From Tubiluchus corallicola (Eukaryota; Animalia; Priapulida): a stretch of 60,100 bases of DNA. This document shows, in pieces, positions 49,001 to 60,100 of this stretch (positions within the stretch are counted from its first letter, which is position 1; each line of letters opens with the position of its first letter). Position numbers and translations under genes: made by a program. The notes under the pieces were generated by a model that was given only the letters and a program-made list of their open reading frames with translations, made no database searches and was not told the DNA's origin. Location: NCBI GenBank assembly GCA_030141605.1, contig JAQGDQ010001134.1, positions 1 to 60,100 on the forward strand, written 5' to 3'.

Positions 49001-52000
49001 AAACACTTCATCAAATTAAACTAGTTTATTAAGCGAGAATTCTACGACACAAAAGTATGAAGGAACACGAAATGATTACACTAAACGTGAAAATCTGGAA
49101 AACGTTTGAGTGTATCGGAAAATACGGGTATACAAGAGAATATGTAAGTGACGTCCGTGTGAATCTGTGTGTCTGTGTCTCAGCGGTCCGCTTTGCCTTA
49201 TATAGGGTGACAGGGAACATTCTAGACGTTTCCTTCTAGAAGATTCTACAAGGTAAGACGATTATTCTAATGGAACATTCTACAATGTTCTATTTAATTA
49301 TAATAGATGCCAGCGATCTCCATAACATACAGATTAATCACAAATAGGTTCTATAAATGTAATAATAGAAATTCATAATTACCATGGTAAGCAGGTATCT
49401 TCAAAGTCTGCATTGGCTAACATTTTAAGACCAAGCAAGCTCCGATCCAAGTTGTACCACGGCACCAATAAACGACCGTTCCTTATGCGAACGTGAAATT
49501 TCTTCAAAATGTCTAAACTCAACACCTGCAAGAGAGTTAGTAGGAGACTTAAATGGAATTTAACACAACAAAAATGAGTGTAATTGTGCTTTAAATTTTT
49601 AGAACAAGTTCCAAATCACTCTCAGAACACTAAATGAACAAAGGCCTTCGCGAAATTGATGCAGTGCATTCATCTCTCGGTTTGCTATTAGAAACTCCCT
49701 CATACTACGGACACAGTCCTTTATTTCGCGAGCTGACCGCTAGATGGCAGACCATCACTTTGTTTACATCCAAATGCAAGTAACGACACGTGTGTAGCTT
49801 GTATGTCAGCGTGTTTACGTAGTTTAATCAGCGTGTGTTTAGAGTCAATTATGCGGAGTTATTTGAGTCAACTGCAAACAGTTTTTATACTTTTGAATAG
49901 GAGCGGCCCATACTAGATGTTTTTGAGACAATTGATTCTACATTACAGTGAGTCTAATACACGGCACCTACTGTATTAGCTTATGATCCGAAAATACGAA
50001 CAATCGGCAAATTCAGACAGACGTCTTCACGCTTATGTCCGGCAAACCGAGAAACGAGTGCAACATCTGATTACCCGCTATAAAACTCGGGTTTGTTTAC
50101 TAAACCCGACGTTTCATAAGGTCACGACTTTTTTGCAACAATCAAAAATTTCCAACAGTCACCAAAATATGCACTGTCGCAAATCATTCGTACAAAGTTC
50201 TGAACAATTTCGTGCGATGTTCACCACATTTTTGCAAATTATGGGTTTTTTCTCGCGCAAAAATCCAGGAATGTCACACGACATGTTAGAGTATATTTGG
50301 CGACTTCTGCGACAAGGCGAATGTCGCATGACGTTCCAGGAAGTACTTTGCGATATCTTCATGACAATTACACGGAATTTTTGCAGAAAAAGTTCGAGAC
50401 AACCGAGCTTCGTCAAAATACAGCAAAAACATCGGAAAATTTTCGTCGATTCTGAAATTGCTGACGAAAATCGCGTATAACTTGCGATAATACGATGCTT
50501 CGGCAAACTGGTCGGTTTTGCAACTCTGGAAACAAACTTTAAACGTGTTAAGATTTTTTTGCAACAATGGCGAACACTAGCGAATCATTTGGCGAATATT
50601 ACGACTTCGGATAGCCGCCGAAGTCCCCATGAAAGCATCATTTAACTATCGCTTGAGATAAGAAAGCAGACCTTTATCTTCAAATCTTCACAAATTTTTT
50701 GCAATGTTTGAGTGTCGCAGGCTTCGACTGGTACGCCCTCTTTCCAAACTTGTTTTGCGTATTCCAATGCCTCTTGTTCTTCTGCAGACATTGTGACTTT
50801 TGGTAGAACGACTTTTCTACACAAAACAGGAATAAAAAACACAATAAATGAGAAATTTTTTTAGGTAAATATGCAATAAATGAAGCATGAAATTTGAACG
50901 GTTTTGTCACATTAAAAGAAAACTGGACGATTGTGTAAACAATAGTTCAGAATAAAGAATGCTCTAAGATATTGAAAACTACAACAGCTTTTTCTGAATC
51001 AAAGCTTCAATTAAATAATAATTACCTCGGATACCCAAATTTTGTTAATCGCGCGGCTCAGTGAATCTACTAAGATTGGCAGCGGCGCCTTTTTGTCGCG
51101 TACGCATAGCCGACAAATAGAAGGCGGTACCGTGATAACCATGATCATGAACTGCAGCGTTAGTTTCTGATGTCATATGATGTAGAGTCCGTTTTCACGA
51201 AATCACGCGTTTAAGCAGTAACATTTACGAAAACGTACTCTTTTTAAAAAAGTACTGTAACACTTATGCAAACGTACTTGACGCACAAGGAATGATGCCT
51301 GCCATTGCACAAACTGCGGTTAGTTTCTGACGTAAGCAATAGCTGTGTTTGGTTGCCGTTAATTAACTTTCTAAGGTAAGTATTTAAGTAGAAGAAACAA
51401 TTGCTAAACTTTTATATGCAAGAAAATGTATATTTTGGCCAGTAAGTTAAAATGAGATGGAGTCTAAACAATTGTCCGTTTTTCCATTAAATAGAAGCTG
51501 TTCAATGAGTCTGAGAGTTAATGTTATTGTGATCTTTTATAAGGTTTCTCCATTTTGTAGTGCATAATGTTGGTTGTAGAAATTCACTGAACGGCAGGTT
51601 TAGAGTTCAAGTCTGTTTATTTTAAGATAAATCGCTTTTCTGTTTTGACTGTTCCAATCATGACACTTTGATAAGTGTGTGCGACATGCGCTAAATACAA
51701 GTCCAACAGTCTTTTAGATGTAATTTATGATTTTTTATTGTACAAATTGGGCAATCATCGTCTCATCCCAAAATCAGTATCACATCATGACATATTTGAC
51801 TGACTTACTGACTGACTGACTGACATAATATGTGCGACTCGACTTCGTCTTATATCTTTGCCGCATCTTACTAACTTGCTAAAGAGAACTCGACTGACAA
51901 AATTTTGTTATAAAACGACACGACGTACTGAACAAGAATGACTTCTTTCCTATCCTGTCTGCAAAATGAGGCCAATGGCCTATTTCCTGTCCTAGCTCAC

Positions 52001-54896
52001 CTGTCTATCAACAGCCTAAATTTGCAAAAAACAAACACAAGGAGGCACCACGTGCTTATATCCAAAACAATAAGAGATAACTACTTCCAATTAGCTAAAC
52101 TTTGAAGCAGTTTAAAACCTGCTTCACCAGAGACAGAGTGCTTGAAAGACGGAGTGTATACAGAGTGACTGCACGAAACATACTGCCTCTGTGTCAGCTT
52201 TTTCGTTACCTTTTTTTAACAGCAAAACACTTCACTGAATCAGGAATGTCTGGTGAATCATGAGGTACCGCTTGATACAAGCAATTACTAAGTTAATGTT
52301 CTAGTGGTGACAGTTTGTACAAAACAAGAAGCAGGAAATACTTCAGAAAAAAAACAGAGAAATCAATAACTCCATAACAAGACAAAAATGGCAAATTTCA
52401 AAATTTTAAAAAGCAAAACTTACCTAGGTAGTAAAATTTCTTCACTGTCGCCTGTTTTCGGTGGTTTTGCTTGGGCTTGACTGGCTGCCTTCACGAGACC
52501 GACATAATCCTGAAATGTCAACCAGGAACCAGACCTCCTGCAAGCGTGGCATAGGAACATGCCTGAAAACAAACTTTAAACATAGCACCGTGTGCAGAGA
52601 AAAATTAAAGCACATCAGTTCAGTTCATCTCTGTGTCACATTCCTGCATCAGAAAGGTGGCACACAAACAAACTGATACTACTACTCATTTTGTTCGCTG
52701 AGTTACCTAATTTTAGATGTGAATTTACACAATGTGTTTATTAGTTAGCACTTTTTAATGTGAAAACCGCCATAACTGAATCCATATTTCTGTGCTTGCA
52801 AATCAAAACCGTCCATAAGTCGGTACACTTAAAACTACGTTATGATGCTTCAAATTAAAACGCATCAAAAATTTGATCAAGATTTTATAAAAACAAACGT
52901 TAAACATACTGGACTTTTATATTCTAGCATCAAATTATCACTAAAAAAACCAATAGAATGACCATCCTTCAGTGTGTAACCTGCACCTCAACTTCAACGT
53001 GGATTATCTCAGCTTAGAAATAATATAGAGTGATGAACTTGGTATCAAAATGATCTTTTAGTTGCGAACACAATTTCTATTATAAATTTATAATATAGAT
53101 ATCTATTAAACATGTCTTGCAACAAGATACTAACAGTGTCACTCGATTAACTAAATTGATATTAATGTCATACAAAGGGGGGGGGGTGCTAAATGACCTG
53201 ATGACTGTAGTCAGCCTCCCCTCTCGATGTAGTGTTTATCATCTTAAAGAAACATTGTACATTATTATATGTATAAATTTAAATGAGAAGAATATAATAT
53301 AATATAATGTAATGTAACGTAATGTAATGTAACGTAATGCGACAAAAAACAGGGGCTGACTTTAACAGTGATTTTCTCAAGGTTGTGTTTTTCTATGCGT
53401 AGACTGCACCTCAACTTCAACGTGGATTATCTCAGCTTAGAAATAACATAGAGTGATGAACTTGGTATCAAAATGATCCTGATGAAATAGAGATTCAGGA
53501 TATGTGAATAACTAGAAAAGCTTAATACCGACTTATGGACAATCTTGCTATGCAATCACATATTTTATGATCAACTCATGGCTGTCACACTGCAGTGATG
53601 TTTTTGCTTCAATGCCGTTTAAACATGAAATATTATTGCAAACGTGATATAAACACAAAATGATAAGACTGGAATTAGGTGAATTTGCAAATTAGGGAGA
53701 AAACTGCGTGAATGGACAGTGATTTAGGTGACCTGAGAGCAGTTGAGCAGTGAACATCCTCAACTGCTGAGAGTAGTGATGAGGCCGACAGTAAAAATAC
53801 TTCTGTTTCTGTCTAATCGCCCGGGTAATAGTTTTTTATCGCACACCAGGCATAAAATTTTGTATTTTTGTGTACGTTCATTACTTGACGCAGTCACACA
53901 AAAGCGTATTTTTTAATTTAAAACATAAAACACAATACAGTCGACCCTCGCTAAACCCGACCCCGTTAGCCCGGATATCGGATAAGACGGACGTCATCCG
54001 TGGTAAAGGAAACTGACCGATTTCCGTCCGAGCCCGAGCGCTAAACACAACACGGCCTACCAACTGTACAATAATTTCTTTATCCTCACAGGTTAACTAT
54101 TTTAAAGTAATATACAGTATAGTATATAGTGCAATGTATATAGGCCTTATTAAGGTATGATATAGACCATATATAGGCATATCGGATAAATCGGACAATC
54201 GGCTAAACAGGACCACCCACCCCCCAATTAGTCCGGTTTAACGAGGGTTGACTGTAATTAGTTCTTTCGGGGAATGCAGGAAGCGGCCATGTTTTTCTGC
54301 GGCCAACTCTCGGCCAGGATTGCCATTTTGTATGATGCTCATTCTATTGGAGGCTAAAAAGTATTGAATCTTCCGCCAAATCGGCCGAGTAGTGTTGCCG
54401 CTTATACTATAATTATCAGAACATACACGTTCATGACACGAAATAACAAAAAAGAGACTACATAATAATCGATAATTATACATTAGTTTAATGCAAAAAA
54501 AAACTGTTGTGTTTTGTTTCTCTCGGAAGGCTCGTAGAGAAAACCAGAAAACACTTCGTCAAATTAAACTAGTTTATTAAGCGAGAATTCTACAACACAA
54601 AAGTATGAAGGAACGCGAAATGTTTACACTAAACGTGAAAATCTGGAAAACGTTTGAGTGTATCTGAAAATACAAGTATACAAGAGAATATGTAAGTGGC
54701 GTCCGTGTGAATCTGCGTGTGTTTCTCAGCAGCCTGCTTCGCCTTATATAGGGTGCCCGAGAAGTTTCTAGAAGTTTCTTTCCAGAACATTCTACACGGT
54801 AAGACAATTATTCTAACGGAACATTCTACAATGTTCTATGTAATTCTAATAGATGCCAGCGATCTCCACAACAAAAACAAAGTGCGAAAAAATGTG
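46033..54896 (-). repeat. Right arm of about 8.8-kb inverted repeat
   Basis: Reverse complement of 35697..44530, including the MITEs, both solo LTRs and the 93-bp array (about 48306-49045). Confidence 0.97.
49383..52562 (-). pseudogene. TWNK: Inverted partial TWNK copy: exons 2 (52562-52424), 3 (50816-50672), 4 (49525-49383); lacks exons 1 and 5
   Basis: Open frames and intact splice sites; protein identical to the plus copy except one V>I. Confidence 0.85.
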
Positions 54897-56246
54897 AAGA
54901 TTTGAAGATAAAGGTCTGCTTTCTTATCTCAAGCGATAGTTAAGTAATTCTTTCATGGGGACTTCAGCGGCTATCCAGTCGTAATATTCGCCAAATGATT
55001 CGCTAGTGTTCGCCATTGTTGCAAAAAAATCTTAACACGTTTAAAGTTTGTTTCCAGAGTTGCAAAACCGACCAGTTTGCCGAAGCATCGTATTATCGCA
55101 AGTTATACGCGATTTTCGTCAGCAATTTCAGAATCGACGAAAATTTTCCGATGTTTTTGCTGTATTTTGACGAAGCTCGGTTGTCTCGAACTTTTTCTGC
55201 AAAAATTCCGTGTAATTGTCATGAAGATATCGCAAAGTACTTCCTGGAACGTCGTATTCGCCTTGTCGCAGAAGTCGCCAAATATACTCTAACATGTCGT
55301 GTGACATTCCTGGATTTTTGCGCGAGAAAAAACCCATAATTTGCAAAAATGTGGTGAACATCGCACGAAATTGTTCAGAACTTTGTACGAATGATTTGCG
55401 ACAGTGCATATTTTGGTGACTGTTGGAAATTTTTGATTGATGCAAAAAAGTCGTGACCTTATGAAACGTCGGGTTTAGTAAACAAACCCGGGATTTTATA
55501 GCGAATAATCAGATACCTATTACACTCATATCTCGGTTTGCCAGACAAACGCGGGAAGACATCAGTCCCAATTTGCCGATTGCCTGTATTTACCGATACT
55601 AAGCTAATACAGTAGGTGCCGTGTATTAGAGTCACAGTAATGTAGAATCAGTCGTCTAACTGCACAGCGATGCTCCTATGCAAAAGTATGTAAAAGCTGT
55701 AGGCATTTAACTCAACTAGCTGCTCTGATTATCGCGCTGATTAAACCATTTAAACATGCTAACATACAAGCTACACACGTGTCGTTACATGCTGCTTGGT
55801 TACACTGATGTAATGATGTAAACAAAGTGATGGCCCGCCATCTAGTGGTCAGCTTGCAAAATAACGCACTGTGGCCGTAGTATGAGAGTTTCTAATAGCA
55901 AACCGAGAGATGAATGCACACTACATCAGACTACGAAGGCCTTTGTCATTTAGTGTTCTGAGAGTGATTTGGAACTTGTTCTAAAAAATTAAAGCACAAT
56001 TACACTCATTTTTGTTGTGTTAAATTCCATTTAGTCTCTACTAACTCTCTTGCAGGTGTTGGTTTAGACATTTTGAAAAATTTCACGTTCGCATAAGGAA
56101 CGGTCCGTTTATTGGTGCCGTGGTACAACTTGGATCGGAGCTTGCTTGATCTAAATGTTGCAATGCAGACTTTGAAGATACCTGCTTACCATGGTAATTA
56201 TGAATTTCTATTATTCTACTTAGAAACCTCTATGGTCACAAAATTC
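54891..56246 (+). pseudogene. TWNK: Forward partial TWNK copy: 3' end of exon 3 (to 54913), intron 3, frameshifted exon 4 (56056-56193)
   Basis: Homologous to about 39876-41200 with many 1-3 nt indels; reverse complement of about 58400..59760. Confidence 0.8.
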
Positions 56247-56256
56247 AAGCTTTCTG

Positions 56257-59200
56257 ATTATTAATTGTGATGGGAAATTATGTCTGTCGTTAATTTTGAC
56301 GTAGTTGTACTCATGAAAAATTGCTCTGAAATAGTAAAAATCTTGAAAAAAATTGTGGTAACTTATCAAAAATTGACCAGTATCACAAATTTTTCATGAC
56401 ATCTAACTGACCTCATTGTTAAAGTTCATACAATTACGAAACAGTTGCAAACTCACCTCTTGAGGAAGATTAGAAGTCCCGCGGGGGAGCGAGAGAGCTG
56501 GAACGCGAGCCTCCTGACTCACTGCCATGGCGTCCGACTCAGATGCTGTCAGCACCACTTCCTCTTGCGAGCGCGTAATGGTGTGCCAGCCGAATAAACC
56601 GCCGTGCTTATCCATCCTAGAACACATTGATTATGTAAGCAAGTGATTGGCACACGAGGAATGTTAATCATCTAGTGCAGGGGTGTGCAAATTATCTGAC
56701 TAGCCGAGCCACATTAAACTTTCCCACAATTCCTAAGGGCCACAGGCAGTTTGATCAAGGAGCCAAGTACAGAAAGGCCTAATAACGATTTTTTTTGCAT
56801 CCGACCTGCGTACATCGTTACTACTACACTCGAGAAACTATTTTACAAGTTATTAAAATTTATATTACAAACCATATATTTCTACTTTCAGGACAGATAG
56901 CGGTAATTTCATTACAATGCATATTAGTAATGTGTATCACAAAGTCTGTGTAGTACAGTGACATTAAGCTACAACCGTCTTGCAAGGGTTAATGGAATCC
57001 GATCTAGTAGAAAAAACTACCTGCACTATCTTTGGGATCGTGGCACGGACTTCAGCTGGATACACTCAATTAATCGCCCGGGCCGCACTTTCATTAGGTT
57101 GACAAATCTATTCGCGGGCCGCACAAATTCTCTCGGGGGGGGGGCAATTTGCACACCCCTGTTCTAGTGAATATAAGCTTTGTCGGAACACCCCTGTTCT
57201 AGTGAATATAAGCTTTGTCAGAACACCCCTGTTCTAGTGAATATAAGCTTTGTCGGAGCTTTTTGTTCAACGGATTTTAACTTTTCCGGGTTGTTTGGAA
57301 CTTTTTGAGAGAAAAACTTGAAGCACAGCAGTCTAAGCATATACTGTGCTCCTTACACTTTTTCATTAAAGCACAAGACAACCCTCCTGAAAATAAAGCT
57401 TAAAAAATTCATTTTGAAATTTTATATCACTTACATACTGCCTTTTTGCATGCAGGACTTCAATCGGCAGTCACACTGTATAAAACATGTAAATTTAAAC
57501 TCCCGCGATGACCGTTAGAGGCAGCCATTTTCATGACAGGTCATTTGAAACAAGTTTAGATAACATTTTGTAAAGTTTGAAAAAATAATCAGAGCACTCG
57601 TAGCGCACAAGTCACTAACTAAATAAAATTTAAAATTACTGTATCGTGTCGATAAGATTAAAATACGTTTTTTGGGTAGTGAGTGGTGCACCCTGGAGGC
57701 TGACTCAGAGACATTTTACCAAATGGTGAAAACATTTTAAATAATTAATAATTTTCTTTTCTAGTTACATAAGTCTTTCTAGTAGGTAAGCGAAAATCTA
57801 AGTAATATAAATTTCCACGGAAAGTCTTTTGAGACATAATTTAACATTTCCTTTTCTTCCCTTGATTTACGTTTGGTACATAACATCATGTAATAGCGAC
57901 TTCAGAACAGTATCGAGTGAGATTTAAAATGAGAACAAACTAAAAATCCTTTCAGTGCCACATGTGCATAAAATTGCTATAAAGTAATATAATTTTTTTA
58001 GTCGATTCTTTTGTAACCTACTTCAGCTACCCGTTTTCTTGTCCTTTAAGTGCAGTAGGTCCTCACTTAATGACACTAATGCATTCCAGCAAAATGTTAC
58101 GTTAACCAAAACATTAAACGAACCCAAGACTTCCATAGAAAGCAATGTAAAAGAATTGGGCTATTCTGAAATTAAGAAAGGAATCGTTAAGCGAAGACGT
58201 ACTAAATGATGTACTGTACAGCAATTATGTACAGATTAATGTGCAGGTGTTTCAGCTCTGTCCGGCTAGCTGTGAAAACGACAGCATTTGTAATCCAGGG
58301 ATGAGAATGACAAATTGTAAAAAACTCTGAAACAAGCTGGGGGGTTTTGGGGCCACCTAGGCCCCCAATGGAGTTCAAGGGGAGCCAGCAACAAATTGCA
58401 ATTTTGTGACCATAGAGAGCCTCTAAGTAGAATAATAGAAATTCATAATTACCATGGTAAGCAGGTATCTTCAAAGTCTGCATTGGCTAACATTTTAAGA
58501 CCAAGCAAGCTCCGATCCAAGTTGTACCACGGCACCAATAAACGACCGTTCCTTATGCGAACGTGAAATTTCTTCAAAATGTCTAAACTCAACACCTGCA
58601 AGAGAGTTAGTAGGAGACTTAAATGGAATTTAACACAACAAAAATGAGTGTAATTGTGCTTTAAATTTTTAGAACAAGTTCCAAATCACTCTCAGAACAC
58701 TAAATGAACAAAGGCCTTCGCGAAATTGATGCAGTGCATTCATCTCTCGGTTTGCTATTAAAAAGTCTCACATACTATGAACACAGTTGGTTGTTGTGTG
58801 AGCTGACCGCTAGATGGCGGGCCGTCAGTTTATTTACATGTAACGACACGTGTGTAGCTTGTATGTCAGCGAATCTAAGTGTTTGATCGGTGCATTTAAG
58901 AGTCAGTTATGCGAAGTTATTTGAGTCACAGAATTTATATACTTTCGCATAGGATCGGCCTGTACTAGACGTTTTTGACATTATTAGGTGATTGATTCTA
59001 CATTACCGTGAGTCTAGTACACGGCGCCTACTGTATTTAGCTTAGTATTGGTAAATACGGACAATCGGCAAATTCAGACAGACGTCTTCACGCTTATGTC
59101 CGGCAAACCGAGAAACGAGTGCAACATCTGATTACCCGCTATAAAACTCGGGTTTGTTTACTAAACCCGACGTTTCATAAGGTCACGACTTTTTTGCAAC

Positions 59201-59760
59201 AATCAAAAATTTCCAACAGTCACCAAAATATGCACTGTCGCAAATCATTCGTACAAAGTTCTGAACAATTTCGTGCGATGTTCACCACATTTTTGCAAAT
59301 TATGGGTTTTTTCTCGCGCAAAAATCCAGGAATGTCACACGACATGTTAGAGTATATTTGGCGACTTCTGCGACAAGGCGAATGTCGCATGACGTTCCAG
59401 GAAGTACTTTGCGATATCTTCATGACAATTACACGGAATTTTTGCAGAAAAAGTTCGAGACAACCGAGCTTCGTCAAAATACAGCAAAAACATCGGAAAA
59501 TTTTCGTCGATTCTGAAATTGCTGACGAAAATCGCGTATAACTTGCGATAATACGATGCTTCGGCAAACTGGTCGGTTTTGCAACTCTGGAAACAAACTT
59601 TAAACGTGTTAAGATTTTTTTGCAACAATGGCGAACACTAGCGAATCATTTGGCGAATATTACGACTTCGGATAGCCGCCGAAGTCCCCATGAAAGCATC
59701 ATTTAACTATCGCTTGAGATAAGAAAGCAGACCTTTATCTTCAAATCTTCACAAATTTTT
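56257..59760 (-). pseudogene. TWNK: Second inverted partial TWNK copy: exon 3 3' end (about 59760-59733), exon 4 (58595-58453), exon 5 (56616-56457)
   Basis: Reverse complement of about 39876..45197 but lacking about 41203..43020; exons 4 and 5 open with intact splice sites. Confidence 0.85.
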
Positions 59761-59774
59761 TCGCACTTTGTTTT

Positions 59775-59952
59775 TGTTGTGGAGATCGCTGGCATCTATT
59801 AGAATTAAATAGAACATTGTAGAATGTTCCGTTAGAATAATCATCTTACCGTGTAGAATGTTCTGGAACAAAACTTCTAGAAGCTTCTCGGGCACCCTAT
59901 ATAAGGCGAAGCAGGCCGCTGACACACACACACACACACACACGCACGCACG

Positions 59953-59988
<36 letters not shown>

Positions 59989-60100
59989 TTCACACGGACG
60001 CCACTTACACATTCTCTTGTATATCTGTATTTTCAGATACACTCAAACATTTTCCAGATTTTCACGTTTACTGCAAACATTTCACGTTCCTTCATACTTT
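59775..60100 (+). mobile_element. Third copy of the intron-1 solo LTR locus, with internal (CA)n expansion (59922-59987); runs off the window
   Basis: Same left flank (ttttttcgcactttgtttt) and body as 35720..36090. Confidence 0.85.

Noticed and set aside
45000-60100. Downstream TWNK helicase exons
   Set aside because: No Walker A or SF4 helicase motifs recognised; nearly all of this sequence is accounted for by copies of 35697-45197.

Overview
Eukaryotic (animal, probably invertebrate; the 5S-derived sequence looks lophotrochozoan-like) genomic DNA, AT-rich and dense in transposons. From left to right: (1) two convergent, minisatellite-like C2H2 zinc-finger arrays (84-bp unit, TGMKP/SGMKP linker), both abruptly truncated; (2) a decayed LINE split by a nested TIR element, plus MITEs and tandem repeats; (3) a complete 5-exon LIN7 gene (minus, 196 aa); (4) MBTPS1/site-1 protease with a single-exon CDS (minus, 1041 aa) and a 5S-rRNA-headed SINE in its putative 5'UTR intron; (5) a candidate head-to-head promoter near 30.1-30.5 kb; (6) the first five coding exons of mitochondrial Twinkle (TWNK, plus). 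The TWNK region is caught in a nested zig-zag of inverted duplications: an 8.8-kb-arm palindrome centred near 45281, plus a second fold-back. The duplicated exons differ almost only at synonymous sites. This rearrangement is the most striking structure, but haplotype mis-assembly or amplification chimerism cannot be excluded from sequence alone. No helicase-domain exons are recognisable in the window. All coordinates were read by eye.
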